A DNA stretch of 64,000 nt. Source: Eledone cirrhosa (Eukaryota). A program made the translations under genes and the position numbers. How positions within the stretch are numbered: position 1 is the stretch's first letter; each line of letters starts with the position of its first letter. This document shows positions 43,101 to 56,854 of the stretch, one piece after another. Under the pieces are notes generated by a model. It saw only the letters and a program-made list of their open reading frames with translations. It was not told where the DNA came from and did not search any database. The DNA lies in assembly GCA_964016885.1 (NCBI GenBank), contig OZ024749.1, forward strand, positions 15,252,001-15,316,000, given 5' to 3'.

Positions 43101-43699
43101 CTCATATATACAAACACACATACATATAGACAGATAAGAAGAGAGGAGAGGGGCTGTTAACCTTATAATTAATGCATGCCTGACAAAGTAGCTGTAATTT
43201 CTTCAGTTGTATGTGAAAGCCTCTGTAGTATATACATATATATATATATAGTGTAGAAATGTATATAAATATAACAGATATACACATATATACACACACA
43301 CATATATACACATATAGACACACATACACACATATATATTTATATATATATGTGTATGTATACATACACACATATATAACTTTGATAGGTTTCGGCCAGT
43401 ATTGGCCCAGGCCATGTCTAACTTAATAGCACCACCTGGTGAAGTCTTTCAAATCAGGGTTTGGACACCATGGACCACTCAAGCAGAGAGTTATTGTTTG
43501 AGGGGGCATATCCGGGTGTAGGAAGCTTATCCGGGATTTCTTGAAGGAATTTGTCCAAAGACTTCTTGCACTTGATGGGGTCTGTTTCTGTTTTAATGTG
43601 TTTTGGTGTAATGTTAAAGAGAGCAGGGCCAATTGAGGTGAAATATTGTTGTTATGAGATGCAAGTGTGATTTTTGTCATGGGTGGATAGCACAGGGCC

Positions 43700-43821
43700 C
43701 AAAATTCGTTGTAACGAAAAATTCTTTATAATGAGATGGACATAACACATCAAACGTGTGGCCGGGGATTGACAAGGATTTTGTTATACTGAAAAATTTG
43801 TTATAACGGAATTTTACCTGT
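43700..43821. mobile_element. pogo/Tigger-like terminal fragment
   Basis: Repeated GTTATAAC/GTTGTAAC motifs ending TTATAACGGAATTTTACCTG-TA. Confidence 0.5.
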
Positions 43822-44310
43822 ATTTGTATACATGCGTGCGTGTGTGCATGTGTATACATATATATATAAATGTGTGTGTATACATGTGTGCATGTGTGTG
43901 CATGATGATGATATATATATACTTTTGTATATATATGTATATATATATATATACTTCACTGCAGCCATACACAGGTTGAAAATCCATCCGGTGAAATACT
44001 CGTTCTTGAGTATGGCTTGCTAATGTGTTATGGAACTAATTAACACACTCCTTCTCCCTCTCTTTATTTGTATGTTTGACATCATCATTTTACCCTGCTA
44101 TATATATATATATATATATATATATGAGTGCATTTTATTGTGGTACTAGCTCTAGGGAAGTTCTTGGCACAACTAAAGAGCTGTCCTGTTTGTTTGGCAT
44201 GGTTTCTACAGCTGGATGCACTGCCTAACACCAACACACTCCTCCCCACTCAAACACACTATAATATATATATATAGAAATAAAGGATAGGAGCACACAG
44301 TCAGATTAGA

Positions 44311-44590
44311 CAAAGGAAACAATGTTACCATTGGTTTTTTCCATTGTTGATATTATCTGCTGGTCACATCAACTGGCAGAAGAAAGGAGCTGATCATCAA
44401 ATCAGATCAAGGAAACCATATTTCCATTAGTCAGTCCATTACTGATATTATCTGTCAATCACAACTCCTGGCAGAAAAAAAGGAGCTGATCATCAGATCG
44501 GACCAAGGAAACAATGTTTCCATTGCTCTTTCCATTACTGATGCTATCTGTCAGTTACAACTCCTGGCAGAGGAAAGGAGCTGATTGGAG
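44311..44590. repeat. ~96-bp tandem repeat, 3 units
   Basis: AAGGAAAC...CCATT...GATATTATCTG...CTGGCAGA..AAAGGAGCTGAT starting near 44311, 44408, 44504. Confidence 0.85.
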
Positions 44591-45256
44591 GAATTCAAAA
44601 TATAGAGAGCTGAATTAGATACTGCAAAGTATCATGTCTGACACTTTAACAATTCTACCAATCTCCCCCACCCCACTGGACTGGTATTTCATTTATCAAC
44701 CTCAAAAGGATGAAAGGCAATTTGACCTCAGTGGGATTTGAACACACAACGAAACAAGTCAAAACAAATGAAGAGAATTTTAGTCTAATGCTCAAATGAC
44801 TGCTATTTTACTTCCTGTCTATCTCTGTGTGTATGTTTGTGTTTGTGTGAGTGTGTGTGTGTGCGTTTGTATGTGTGCATGCATGTGTAGCATATATGTA
44901 TGAAATGTATGAAATGTCCGATTTCAAATTTAAAGTGCATAAGGAAACCGGACATTTCATACTTAAGGACCTAATGTGTGTGTATACATATCATCATCAT
45001 CATTTTATGTCCGCTTTTCCCTGCTTTCAAGGGTGGGACATATATATATATATATATATGTATGTATGTGTATATATATGTAAAATAGACGTTAAGTGAT
45101 GATCACACACACACACACATACAGATATGAAGAGATGATCATATGTTGAGTTAATTTTCAATGGTTTTATTCTAAAATACTGGTTTTCTTAATATTCACT
45201 CAGAAATATCATCATCAGCCTCTTATCACTGCCAATTATTGTTATTATTATAATCA

Positions 45257-45848
45257 GTAGAGCACCGGACAACATGATTTGTTGCATATAGTTATGGCCC
45301 TTTACATTAAGTTCAAATCCTGCTCAGGTTAGCTTTGCCATTTATCCTTATGAGGTCGATAAAATAAAGCACCAGTAATGCACTCGGGTCGATTTAATCG
45401 ACTTTCCTCTCCACCAAAATTGTTAAACTGGTGCCTATACAAGAAACCATTATTGAGTTCAAATCCCGCCAAGGTTAACTTTGCCTTTCCTCCTTACTGG
45501 GTCGGTAAAATAAAGTACCAGTAATGCACTGGGTAATTGCTGGCCTTGTGCCTATACAAGAAACCATTTACGGGGTCGATAAAATAAAGTACCAGTAATC
45601 TACTGGGTAATTGCTGGCCTTGTGCCTAAAGTAGAAACAATTATTAAAGTCGGTGGATTGGCAGTATCGGTAGAGGGTCGGACGCCATGCTTTGACGCAA
45701 AGTGTTACGGCCTTTTCCATTATGAGTTCAAATCCCGCCGAGGTTAACTTTGCCTTTCATCCTTACGGGGTCGATAAAATAAAGTACCAGTAATACACTG
45801 AGTAATTGCTGGCCTTGTGCCAAAAGTAGAAACAATTATTATTATTAA
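45257..45848 (+). mobile_element. Cluster of family B SINEs (partial copies plus a full copy at 45650-45848)
   Basis: Repeated GAGTTCAAATCCCGCC...AAAATAAAGTACCAG...GCCTTGTGCC blocks. Confidence 0.85.
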
Positions 45849-47439
45849 AGTCAACTTTGCTTTTCTTCCTTCCAGGATTGATAAACTAGTCAAGAACTGG
45901 GTCAATTTAATTGATTTTCTCCTCCTCTCAAATTTGGGGTTTTGTGTCTATATAAAAAAATGTAATGTAATTCTCAGGGAGATTCAGCATAACAGAGTAT
46001 GTGATGGCCCCTTGTCACATACTACAAGCACAATCTATCTGCCAGGCTTCCAAACAGATTCCATCTACAAGACTTGGGTTGACCTGAGGTTATCCTAAAA
46101 TCACTTGCCTCACACTGAGACAGAAGTCATTTGACTATGATGTACACCCTCATAGAAAGTTTCTTGAGTGTTTTAATGATAGGGGGCCCCACTCATGTCA
46201 TACACATATGTATGTTGTTGTTGTTACACTTTTTTAGGTTTAGTTGATATCTTCAAAGTTACATGTCATAAAAAGTTTCTTGGGACCCCAGTCCTATCAT
46301 GAAAAGAAATGTGAAATGATGCATCTTGCTCAAGAACACAATGAACCACCTGGTCAAGGAATTGAACCCATAACCCTACAAATCATCAGCCCAACCCACT
46401 AACCATGAGGACATGGGCCTTCACAAGGCCATACTGTAGCATAGAAATAACAAACAGACAAATACTGCTAATACCTCCTTCAATCAATCTGCTTCATGAA
46501 CACCATTATCATTACCACCACCAGCAACACTGCTACCATCACCACCATCAACAACATCCACATAACAACCACTGATACTATCCCCACCACCACCATCACT
46601 ACTACCACAACCATCCTCACCATCACCACCACAGCTACTATCCCCATCAACAACAACAGTCCCACCACTGTAAATTACTTCCCCCGAAAACCCAGAATTC
46701 TCCTACCAGAAGTACTCTCTTTTCATTGAAGTATATAAGTTATAATTATATATATATATAATAAGTTGACGAGACTAGCATGGATTTCACTGCTAGTACC
46801 GGTTGCATCTCAGCGTACTCAATAGGTTATTCGCTTTAACACAACACATGTAAATGGGTACCTTCAATCTATACCTAAACTCGAGTTTCTGCCACACTTA
46901 ATGCAGCAATAGAGTGCACAGCATCCACTGTCTGCATTTATTATGCAACAATACACAATCGGCGCATGTGGCCTCATCAGCGGGTTTCGCCTAATCCATA
47001 TCGACAGAATTCGATTCCAGTCCGTGTCGGCTATGACAGTGAATGTAACGGCCAGCATAGTAAAACATTAGCAACTGAAATCGCTAGTGTCATCACAATG
47101 CCATCAGTCGATTGGCCACAGATTCAGAAATTTACGTGACAGCAGGAAACAAAGTTCAAATAATCCCACTCCTGCCATAAGCCCTCAGCCAAACCATCTC
47201 CAACACAAATTATCAAGCAAGTGAAAAACAGTTATTAAAGAATCAGTCTCCTATCAGATGTTCTAATGACTCTACCAATTTGCTGCCTTATATCAGAGTA
47301 GTACATATAAACAATTTAATAACTTATGTTTTGAATTTGCGCTGGTGGTGGTGGTGGAGATGCTGATGATAACAATGATGGCAGTGGTAATGTTGATGAT
47401 TGTTGTGACATGAAGAGAGAGAATTATATATATATATAA

Positions 47440-47786
47440 TGGAGGCACATGGCTTAGTGGTTAGAGCATTGGCCTTGCAATCAAAAGGTTGTGAGTTCAA
47501 TTCTCAGACCGGGTGATGTGTTGTTTCCTTGAGCAAGACACTTTATTTCACATTGCTCCAGTTTACTCAGCTGTAGAAATGAGATGATAGGGACTGCGGT
47601 CCCTATCATTCCACTGCAAAGTGGTCGTGGAGGTGCCTCGGCAAAAAAAGCACCCAGCACTCGCTGTAAATGAGGTTGGTGTTAGGAAGGGCATCCAGCT
47701 GTAGAAATCAAGCCAGAATCAGTTCCCGTCCCACCCTTGCAAGAAGGGAAAAAGCGGACGTAAAATGAAATGATGATGAAAATGAT
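47440..47786 (+). mobile_element. tRNA-derived SINE, family A, full length
   Basis: Near-identical to 17222-17560. Confidence 0.92.
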
Positions 47787-47852
47787 ATAGTAGTTATAAT
47801 AAATACAAAGACTAAAATCCAGAGAGGATTTGATAAGGGTTATATATATAAA

Positions 47853-48080
47853 AAGTCTAAAGTCTGTCTTAAGCCAGAAGGCTCATTTGACCGGTGCTTA
47901 TCCTGGTTTCATGGCGTGAAGCAACTGAGAGTACAAGGCTCCCCACTGGACAGGACACCAGTCCATCGTAGGGCTAAACCCCCAGCTATTGCTGGTACTC
48001 AGTTTCAGCTGAGTATACTGGAGCCATGTGAAATGAAGTGTTTTGCTCAAGAACACAACACACAATCCAAGAATCGAACC
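47853..48080 (-). mobile_element. SINE family C, 5'-truncated
   Basis: Reverse complement of ~21880-22112. Confidence 0.8.
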
Positions 48081-48273
48081 TTCTCTGTCTCTATGTCTCT
48101 CTTACAATCTCCTTCTCACTATTTATGAAGGTACCTGGAAAAACCCAGAATCTTGGGAACCCACGCACCAACTTCGGCAAAACTTGTTTTATTCCATTTG
48201 TATTCTCATTTCAGAGGCAACTTCCTTTCAAAGTATTTTCCCATCATGCACCGTTTGGCTGTATTAAATTACT

Positions 48274-48456
48274 GAACTGGCAGCATCGGTAGAGGGTCGG
48301 ACGCCATGCTTTCTAGCATAGTTACATCCCTTTATGGTCAGAGTCCAAATCCCGTTGAGGTTAACTTTGCCTTTCATCCTTACGGGGTCCATAAAATAAA
48401 GTACCAGTAATGTACTGGGTAATTGCTGGCCTTGTGCCAAAAGTAGAAACAATTAA
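48274..48456 (+). mobile_element. SINE family B
   Basis: Matches 16818-17003. Confidence 0.85.
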
Positions 48457-48752
48457 ATTACCGACAAGCACACTATCACAGAGTTTTAGTAGTATATAGA
48501 TATAGCCATAGAAACCAAGATAAACCAGTCACGTGTGAGCAAGACATGGTCATCAGACCTAGCTTGTCTCACAATGGGGCAACTCGTCTAACCCATGCTA
48601 GCGCGGAAAAATGGATGTTAAATGATGATGATGATGATTATAGATATAGTATATATAAACTCATAGACGAAATATTTATTATTAGCACAGATTAAAAGTT
48701 TAAGCAAACAATTTCTGCTTTCACTCCAATATAAATATATATACACAGGCAC

Positions 48753-48806
<54 letters not shown>

Positions 48807-49154
48807 TATATACACACAGGAAAAAATAGAAAATACGTGGGAGGATTTAAGAAATGCATTATTTTCTGCATCAACCATCCTCTGGGCAATGTAATTTTGT
48901 GCATGCATACACACATTATACACACACACACACATTCATATATTCAAACACACACATACACACCCACACGTATATATTCATACACATACATACATATATA
49001 TTCATACACACACACATTTGTTCATGTGACAATATGGTGGCATTTACAGAAAAACACAAGTGTATAGCTGTGTTTGAATTTGTGTGCATGCATCTATGAG
49101 TGTGTGTATTTATGTGTGTGTGTGTGCATGTGTATATGTGTGTGTGTTTATGTG

Positions 49155-49191
<37 letters not shown>

Positions 49192-49404
49192 ATATTCATG
49201 TGTATATGTGTTTAAGTATGTGTGTGTATGCTTGTGTATATGTGTGTTTAAGTATGTGTGTATATGTGTGAATTTGTGTGTGTATTTGTATGTGAATATG
49301 CATGTGTATAACTGTGTGTGTGTGCGTATGTGTGTTTATGTGTATGTGTGTATTTGAGTATTTATGTGTGTGTGTGTATGCATGTGTATATGTGTGTTTA
49401 AGTA

Positions 49405-49437
<33 letters not shown>

Positions 49438-49618
49438 TTATGTGTGTGTGTTTATGTGTATGTGTGTGTATGTATGTTTGTGTGTCACATGTCATATTAC
49501 ATGCCACCGTCACCCCTACCCTCCAATTGACCACTTAATGGGGGGGGGGACTATTACTAGAAAATAGATGGATTGATTTACAGAGCAGTGTTTGTGTGTG
49601 TGTGTGTGTGTGTGTTTG

Positions 49619-49655
<37 letters not shown>

Positions 49656-49664
49656 ATATGTCTG

Positions 49665-49697
<33 letters not shown>

Positions 49698-49716
49698 ATG
49701 CATATGTGTGTGTTTG

Positions 49717-49769
<53 letters not shown>

Positions 49770-49872
49770 ATATATGTGTGTTTGTATATATATATATATA
49801 TATATGTGTGTGTATATGTCTGTGTATATATATATATGTGTGTGTGTGTGTGTATGCATATGTGTGTGTTTG

Positions 49873-49903
<31 letters not shown>

Positions 49904-50848
49904 GTGTGTGTATATGTGTGTGTGCGTATGTGTACATGCACAATCACTGTTACACACACACCTATATATACACACATACATACACACAGCTTACTACTCC
50001 CACACAACTGTAAGTGCACTCAGTATCACATGTGTATTTACATGTACAGAAATACATTCTATATTGTGTAACAAAGGGAGGGAGAGTGTGTGTGTGTGTG
50101 AGAGAGAGAGAGAGTGTGTAAGAGAGTGTGTGTGAGAGAGAGAGAGAGTGTGTAAGAGAGTGTGTGTGAGAGAGAGAGTATGTGTGTGTGAGAGAGAGAG
50201 TGTGAGAGAGAGAGAGTATGTGTGTCTGTGTGAGAGAGAGAGACAGGAGAGTGAGAGACAGGAGAGTGAGAGAGAGGGGGAGAGAGAGGAGAGAGAGGGG
50301 GAGAGAGAGGAGAGTGAGGGGGAGAGAGAGGAGAGTGAGAGAGAGAGAGAGTGGGAGTGAGAGTGTGTATACTGTGTGTGTGTAGTGTATACTGTATGTG
50401 TATACAGTGTGTGTGTGTATACTGTGTGTGTTGTGTGTGTGTAATGTATGTGTGTAGTGTGTGTGTAGTGTGTGTGAGTGTGTAGTGTGTGTGTAGTGTG
50501 TATGTAGTGTGTGTGTATGTGTGTAGTGTGTGAGTGTGTGTAGTGTGTATGTAGTGTGTGTGTATGCGTGTAATGTGTGTGTGTGCGAGTGTGTGTAGTG
50601 TATGTAGTGTGTGTGTAGTGTATGTGTAGTGTATGTAGTGTGTGTGTAGTGTATGTAGTGTGTGTGTATGTGGTATCTAATGATAATAGAGAAGAACATC
50701 CACCCATTCATTGATTATATATATAGATCCAGGTATGGTTGAACGGAAATATCTATCAGTTCAGTCAATTGATGAGACACATATATATACACACACATTA
50801 TATATACATGTGTGTGTGTGTGTATTTGTTTATATATAAACCCATATA

Positions 50849-50883
<35 letters not shown>

Positions 50884-50888
50884 GTTGC

Positions 50889-51394
50889 GATGTGTTGTTT
50901 CCTTGAGCAAGACACTTTATTTCACATTGCTCCAGTTTACTCAGCTGTAAAAATGAGATGATAGGGACTGGGGTCCCTATCATTCCACTGTAAAGTGGTC
51001 GTGGAGGTGCCATGGCAAAAAAGCACCCAGCCCACACTGTAAAGTGGTCGTGGAGGTGCCACGGCAAAAAAGCACCCAGCCCTCACTGTAAAGTGGTTGT
51101 GGAGGTGCCACGGCAAAAAAGCACCCAGCCCACACTGTAAAGTGGTCGTGGAGGTGCCACGGCAAAAAAGCACCCAGCCCTCACTGTAAAGTGGTCGTGG
51201 AGGTGCCACGGCAAAAAGGCGCCCAGCCCTCACTGTAAAGTGGTCGTGGAGGTACCACGGCAAAAAAGCACCCAGCACTCACTGTAAATGAGGTTGGTGT
51301 TAGGAAGGGCATCCAGCTGTAGAAATCAAGCCAGAATCAGTTCCCGTCCCACCCTTGCAAGCAGGGAAAAGCGGACGTAAAATGATGATGATGA
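50889..51394 (+). mobile_element. SINE family A, 5'-truncated, with six tandem 49-bp internal units
   Basis: CACTGTAAAG at 50986, 51035, 51084, 51133, 51182, 51231 and CACTGTAAAT at 51280. Confidence 0.9.
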
Positions 51395-51412
51395 TATATA
51401 TGTATGTATGAC

Positions 51413-51632
51413 CGATGGGTGAAGAAGTGCCAGGAAATGCCAGTTGAAGGAAGACGCGGTAGAGGTAGACCACGAAAAACATGGGCGGAGGTGGTGAGGG
51501 CGGACCTCAGATCACTGAAGCTCACAGATGGAGATGACAAAGGACCGTGAAAAGTGGAGAGATGCTGTGCTGAATAGGACCCATCCCACCCTTGCAAGCA
51601 GGGAAAAGTGGACGTATGATGATGATGATGAT
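51413..51632 (+). mobile_element. RTE LINE 3' fragment (third family) with the same tail as SINE family A
   Basis: VEGRRGRGRPRKTWAEVVRADL coding remnant running into CCCACCCTTGCAAGCAGGGAAAAGTGGACGTA(TGA)n. Confidence 0.85.
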
Positions 51633-52298
51633 ATATATATGTATGTGTGTATATATATAAATATATATATGTATATATATATACATATGTATCTATATGT
51701 TAATTCTATTGACTGATTAATCGCTTACGTTTATTTTAAAAACAACTCGTTAGAGAGCTTAATTCGTTTTGTGTGGTTTTTGCAAATTTTTGCAATAACT
51801 ACACATGCTGAATTCACTGGCCAAAATAGGGTTTTCTCCCCTTAGAATCTCACATGTGCTTTCATAACCTGCGAGATTCTGGCGCAAGAAGAACAAAAAC
51901 CTGTTGAGAAAACGATGCCTTGTTCGATCATTATACCAAAAGCTTATTTTTTATAAGCAGACAGTATTATTGATTTAGGTGTTGCAGAAACCCAAATTTC
52001 GGAGTATTCCATCTTCCCCGAGGGTCCGGGTAAATATTTCAATCAAATTTTTGTTTGACCCGTTTAGCTTGTTCGCTTTTTTGGCTATGGTGGTTAATGG
52101 CTTCTTAGCCATTGTCTCAGCGTGTATGACCATTTTAACTTATGTTTATAGCTCTGGTACCTTCTTCATATCCATGGAGCGCTTGTCTGCACTAAATGGA
52201 AGTTGTGTTTCGTTAATTTCTACCCGCCGAAATGCGATTCTCGCTAAATTTATATTTGTATGTATATATATATATGTGTATATATAAATATATATATA

Positions 52299-52339
<41 letters not shown>

Positions 52340-52502
52340 ATATATATATATATATATACATATATGTGAATATAATGTAGGAGGTGAGTTTTATTGTAGT
52401 ACAATAAAGCAATGCAGATATCGGATAAGAAGCACTCTACAGTTTGTAGGACTGGAGTATACATGATATAAGATCAAAAGATGGTTAAAGGAGTTCCATG
52501 TA

Positions 52503-52569
52503 TTTTATTATGCGCATTTCAAAAACAAACATCATCATGCAATAATATTTGTGTTTTCATCAGATAAAA
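52503..52569 (-). ncRNA. Type I hammerhead ribozyme (ATGCGCAT family), left arm of inverted pair
   Basis: Same sequence as 9916-9982; arms 52466-52577 and 52632-52743. Confidence 0.85.
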
Positions 52570-52639
52570 CAGGAGAACATGATATGAAGGCTAAAAAACA
52601 CTTGTGGATAGTGCAGTTTTAAATCAACATATTCTCCTG

Positions 52640-52706
52640 TTTTATCTGATGAAAACACAAATATTATTGCATGATGATGTTTGTTTTTGAAATGCGCATA
52701 ATAAAA
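52640..52706 (+). ncRNA. Type I hammerhead ribozyme (ATGCGCAT family), right arm of inverted pair
   Basis: TTTTAT-CTGATGA-...-GAAA-TGCGCA-TA-ATAAAA. Confidence 0.85.
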
Positions 52707-52767
52707 TACATGGAACTCCTTTAACCATCTTTTGATCTTATATTATATGTGAATATATATATATATA

Positions 52768-52836
<69 letters not shown>

Positions 52837-52879
52837 ATATATATATATATATATATGTGTGTGTATATATATATATATA

Positions 52880-55040
52880 TCATCATCATCATCATCATCG
52901 TTTAACGTCCGTGTTCCATGCTTGCATGGGTTTGGACGGAGGGTTTTCCCACTTGAGGCAAGAGTGGTTATCTTGCTCGCATAGGACTATCTGGCGGGTT
53001 TTCTACAGCTGGATGCCCTTCCTAACACCAACCACATTTACAGTGTGGGGCTGGGAGGTTTTTACCGTGTTGCCTACACGGCCACATTACAGCGTGAACT
53101 GTGTGTTTTTTTGACGTGACACCTACACGATCTCATTTGTTTCGGCCTGGAAGTTGTGGCACCAACATAGCTTTACATTGAAAGGGGCGGTGTGGATGGG
53201 GTGGGGGTGGTGGGACGGGGGTGTATTTTGTTAGAGATGCCTACTGACTGTAGTAGGTTTTACTTTGTATTTAGGTAAGGCGGGTCTTCTCTATTACTGA
53301 GTACCACCAAAGATCTCGGTCCAGTGATATTGTCTTGGTGAGGTGTAAGTGTGTGAGGTCGGAATTTATCAGCTTGTCCCAGGTTTTTCTGGGTCTGCAT
53401 ATTCCGTGGCTACCGTCTATCTTTATTGACCTGCACTTTGTTATACAGCTATCGTCCTTCATGTGCATCACATGACCATACCAACGTAGCCTTCTCTCGA
53501 GTAAACAACATCTGATCCCTCTTATTTCTAATTTTTTCCTTAGTTCGTTTATGCTTTGCCGTTCACGTATATTACTGTTACACATCCAGCGGAGCATGCA
53601 AGCTTCGTTTCTCTCTAGTCTGCGTGCGTATATCCTCTGCACACAATACCCAGGTCTCACTGCCGTGCAACATTGCTGTTCGTATGCAGGCATCGTACAA
53701 CCTGCCTTTCATTTTTAGGGAGAACCCTTTAGCGGCTAATAGTGGTATGAGCTCTCTGAACTTTTTCCACCCAGTTCTGACTCTAGCTACTGTACTTTCA
53801 GAGCACCCTCCCCCACTGCTGATTTTGTCACCCAGGTAACGGAAGCTGTCCACTATTTCTATAAAACCCTCTGCGCAGTTGAAAGAGCTAGTATTTTTTG
53901 GGCACTTGCTGCTACTTATTGCCCCAGAACACCGGCCACATGTAAAATCTATGTTCTTAGTTAGCTTACCTGTGATCCCACTACATCTTTTATGCACCCA
54001 AACTTTGCATTTGGGACACAAAATGGAGTTTCTACCTACGCCTTTCCTACACTCTGAGCATGGCCACTTCCCGGAGGGGACCGCCGCCTTATTTTCTTTC
54101 TTACAAACTAGAACTTTAGTCTTAGCCAGGTTAATTTTAAGGCCTTTTAATTCTAGGCCGTGCTTCCATGTTTGGAATTTCTTCTCTAGGTCGGCCATTG
54201 TTTCAGCTATGAGCATTAGATCATCTGCGTATAGGAGTTCCCATGGGCAGCCGGTATTGAACTCCACTGTTATAGCCTGGAGGGCAATAATAAATAGTAG
54301 GGGGCTAAGAACAGAGCCCTGATGAACACCAACTTTTACACTAAACTCTTCACTATATTCGTTGTTAATTCTAACCTTGCTGACTGTTTCTTTATACATG
54401 GCTTGTATAGCTCTCACAAGCCATTCATCAACACCTAGTTTTCTAAGAGCCCACCAGATAATGGAACGGGGGACTCTGTCGAAGGCTTTCTCCAAGTCGA
54501 CGAAAGCTAAGTATAGGGGTTTACTTTTAGCTAAGTACTTCTCCTGTAGTTGTCGTACAATGAAAAGAGCGTCTGTGGTACTTTTGCCTGACACAAACCC
54601 GAACTGCATTTCATCTAGATCAATTCTCTCTCTGATTAGTTGCGCTATTACTTTTTCCGTGACCTTCATGACCTGGTCGATTAATTTAATGCCTCTATAG
54701 TTACTCCTATCTAGGGCATCTCCTTTACCCTTATAACAGTTAACGATGATGCTGCTACGCCAGTCCTTCGGAACAGCCCCATTCTGTATGACTTGGTTGA
54801 CTATCTGGGTGACCATGGTGTGTCCCACCGTACCAGATGCCTTCAGCATCTCGGCAACTATTTCCGAAGGCCCAGCCGCCTTACCCGTCTTCATATCTTT
54901 GATTGCCTTACTTATTATACTACCCTCGACTAACACTGCTGGTCCCTCTATTGGGTCGATGTGGGGGAGACTGTCTTTCTCCCATTTATTCTCCTCATTT
55001 AGTAGCCTTTCATAGTGACACTTCCAAGCTACCTTCTTAT
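52880..55040 (-). mobile_element. RTE-clade LINE, 5'-truncated, copy 2 (frameshifted)
   Basis: ORFs 53578-55122 and 53271-53693 match copy 1; 4-bp duplication (TGCG) near 53621 shifts the frame; (CAT)n tail. Confidence 0.93.
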
Positions 55041-55313
55041 GTGTATATATATATATATATGTGTATATATATATATACATATATGTGTATATATATATTT
55101 CGTTTCTGAATTTGTTTAGCAAGATTCTTTATCTGAAATCGTGTGTTGAAACCGATATTGTTATACTTTGGGAGGGTCATGTTGCCAATAAGAAACACAC
55201 GCACCAGTTGCTTTCACTTCAATTTAATTTATTATATATTTATAAATTTACAAATTTATAAATTTCTGGTTGGTTGGTTGGTTCCACAACCAGATAGTTG
55301 TTTATATATATAT

Positions 55314-55358
55314 AGTCATAGTTCTTTCGTCACACACTCTGTGACCTCTTCAGTGACT
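55314..55358 (-). ncRNA. Minimal hammerhead ribozyme (PLE pLTR family)
   Basis: AGTCA-CTGAAGA-G-GTCACA/TGTGAC-GAAA-GAAC-TA-TGACT. Confidence 0.82.
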
Positions 55359-55475
55359 GGGGATTTCTTTCTTCGTTTCTGTGCCTTTCTTTTCTTCTAT
55401 CCTACGCCATTTTTTTCAAAAAAATGGCGTAGGATAGAAGAAAAGAAAGGCACAGAAACGAAGAAAGAAATCCCC

Positions 55476-55520
55476 AGTCACTGAAGATGTCACAGAGTGT
55501 GTGACGAAAGAACTATGACT
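55476..55520 (+). ncRNA. Minimal hammerhead ribozyme (PLE pLTR family)
   Basis: AGTCA-CTGAAGA-T-GTCACA/TGTGAC-GAAA-GAAC-TA-TGACT. Confidence 0.82.
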
Positions 55521-55675
55521 ATATATATATAAACAACTATCTGGTTGTGGAACCAACCAACCAACCAGAAATTTATAAATTTGTAAATTTATAAATATAT
55601 AATAAATTAAATTGAAGTGAAAGCAACTGGTGCGTGTGTTTCTTATTGGCAACATGACCCTCCCAAAGTATAACA

Positions 55676-55728
<53 letters not shown>

Positions 55729-55779
55729 GTGTATATATATATATGTGTATATATATATATATATATGTATTTATATATG

Positions 55780-55850
<71 letters not shown>

Positions 55851-56605
55851 CGGTTGGGGTTGGTTGGCTGAGCAGTTCTGCTCCGTCAGAATGACCATTG
55901 CAAGAAGAATTGGCCGATGCAGCTGCAGGTATCCTCCAAGAATGCACTTCTGGTCCCGCAACACCAGACGAAGATGGAGAAGACGACCGGGACAAGATGT
56001 CGACTCTGACCACCGACTACGGCACCTCCCTCAACCACCAGTCCTCCCTCCCTCTGTCCCGTCATCCCTCCAGTCCTCCTGCTCCCCCTTCCTGTACCAG
56101 AAAGCTGTGGCACGCATTCATCTGGACTGCCGGACTTGAACTCAAGGACAAGATGCAAGGAGAAGATGGACGGGTTGGTCAAGATCAAGGATGAGCGGGA
56201 TGACAAGAACGTCCGCTGCTGCTCAAGATCTGTGCTCATGGGCCCATGGGTCCATTCACATTATGCATGACATATGAGGCGTGTCGCCGAATGATGTAAT
56301 AGGGGTATGGTTATGGCCCAATTGGTGTTCAAACCAGGATCAAATGATCCCCCCGGTATGACGACCACCTCTGAATGTGTAACCCAGAGCCTATGAATGT
56401 GAAACTCGATTTTTTACCAATAAAAATGTTGCCACTAATATTATTGTAAAATTTTTTATTTCTTGTCCAATTCTTTAAAGTTTTATCTTAGTTTCTTGTC
56501 CTATTCTTTTAAAGTTTTATTTTAGTTCCTTGTCCAGTATTTTTAAAGGTTTATATTCCAACAATATTACTTTTTTTTGCTGTACGCATTTTTCTATCTG
56601 GTATA

Positions 56606-56664
<59 letters not shown>

Positions 56665-56671
56665 GTATGTG

Positions 56672-56848
<177 letters not shown>

Positions 56849-56854
56849 GTATAG

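Larger units (their letters stand above)
55155..55679. mobile_element. Back-to-back Penelope pLTR pair forming a ~262+262 bp near-perfect palindrome (centre 55417)
   Basis: Each arm matches 58370-58628. Confidence 0.9.

Noticed and set aside
56268-56296. Hammerhead-like CATATGA-GGCG/CGCC-GAAT
   Set aside because: Core deviates at several invariant positions and no stems I/III found.
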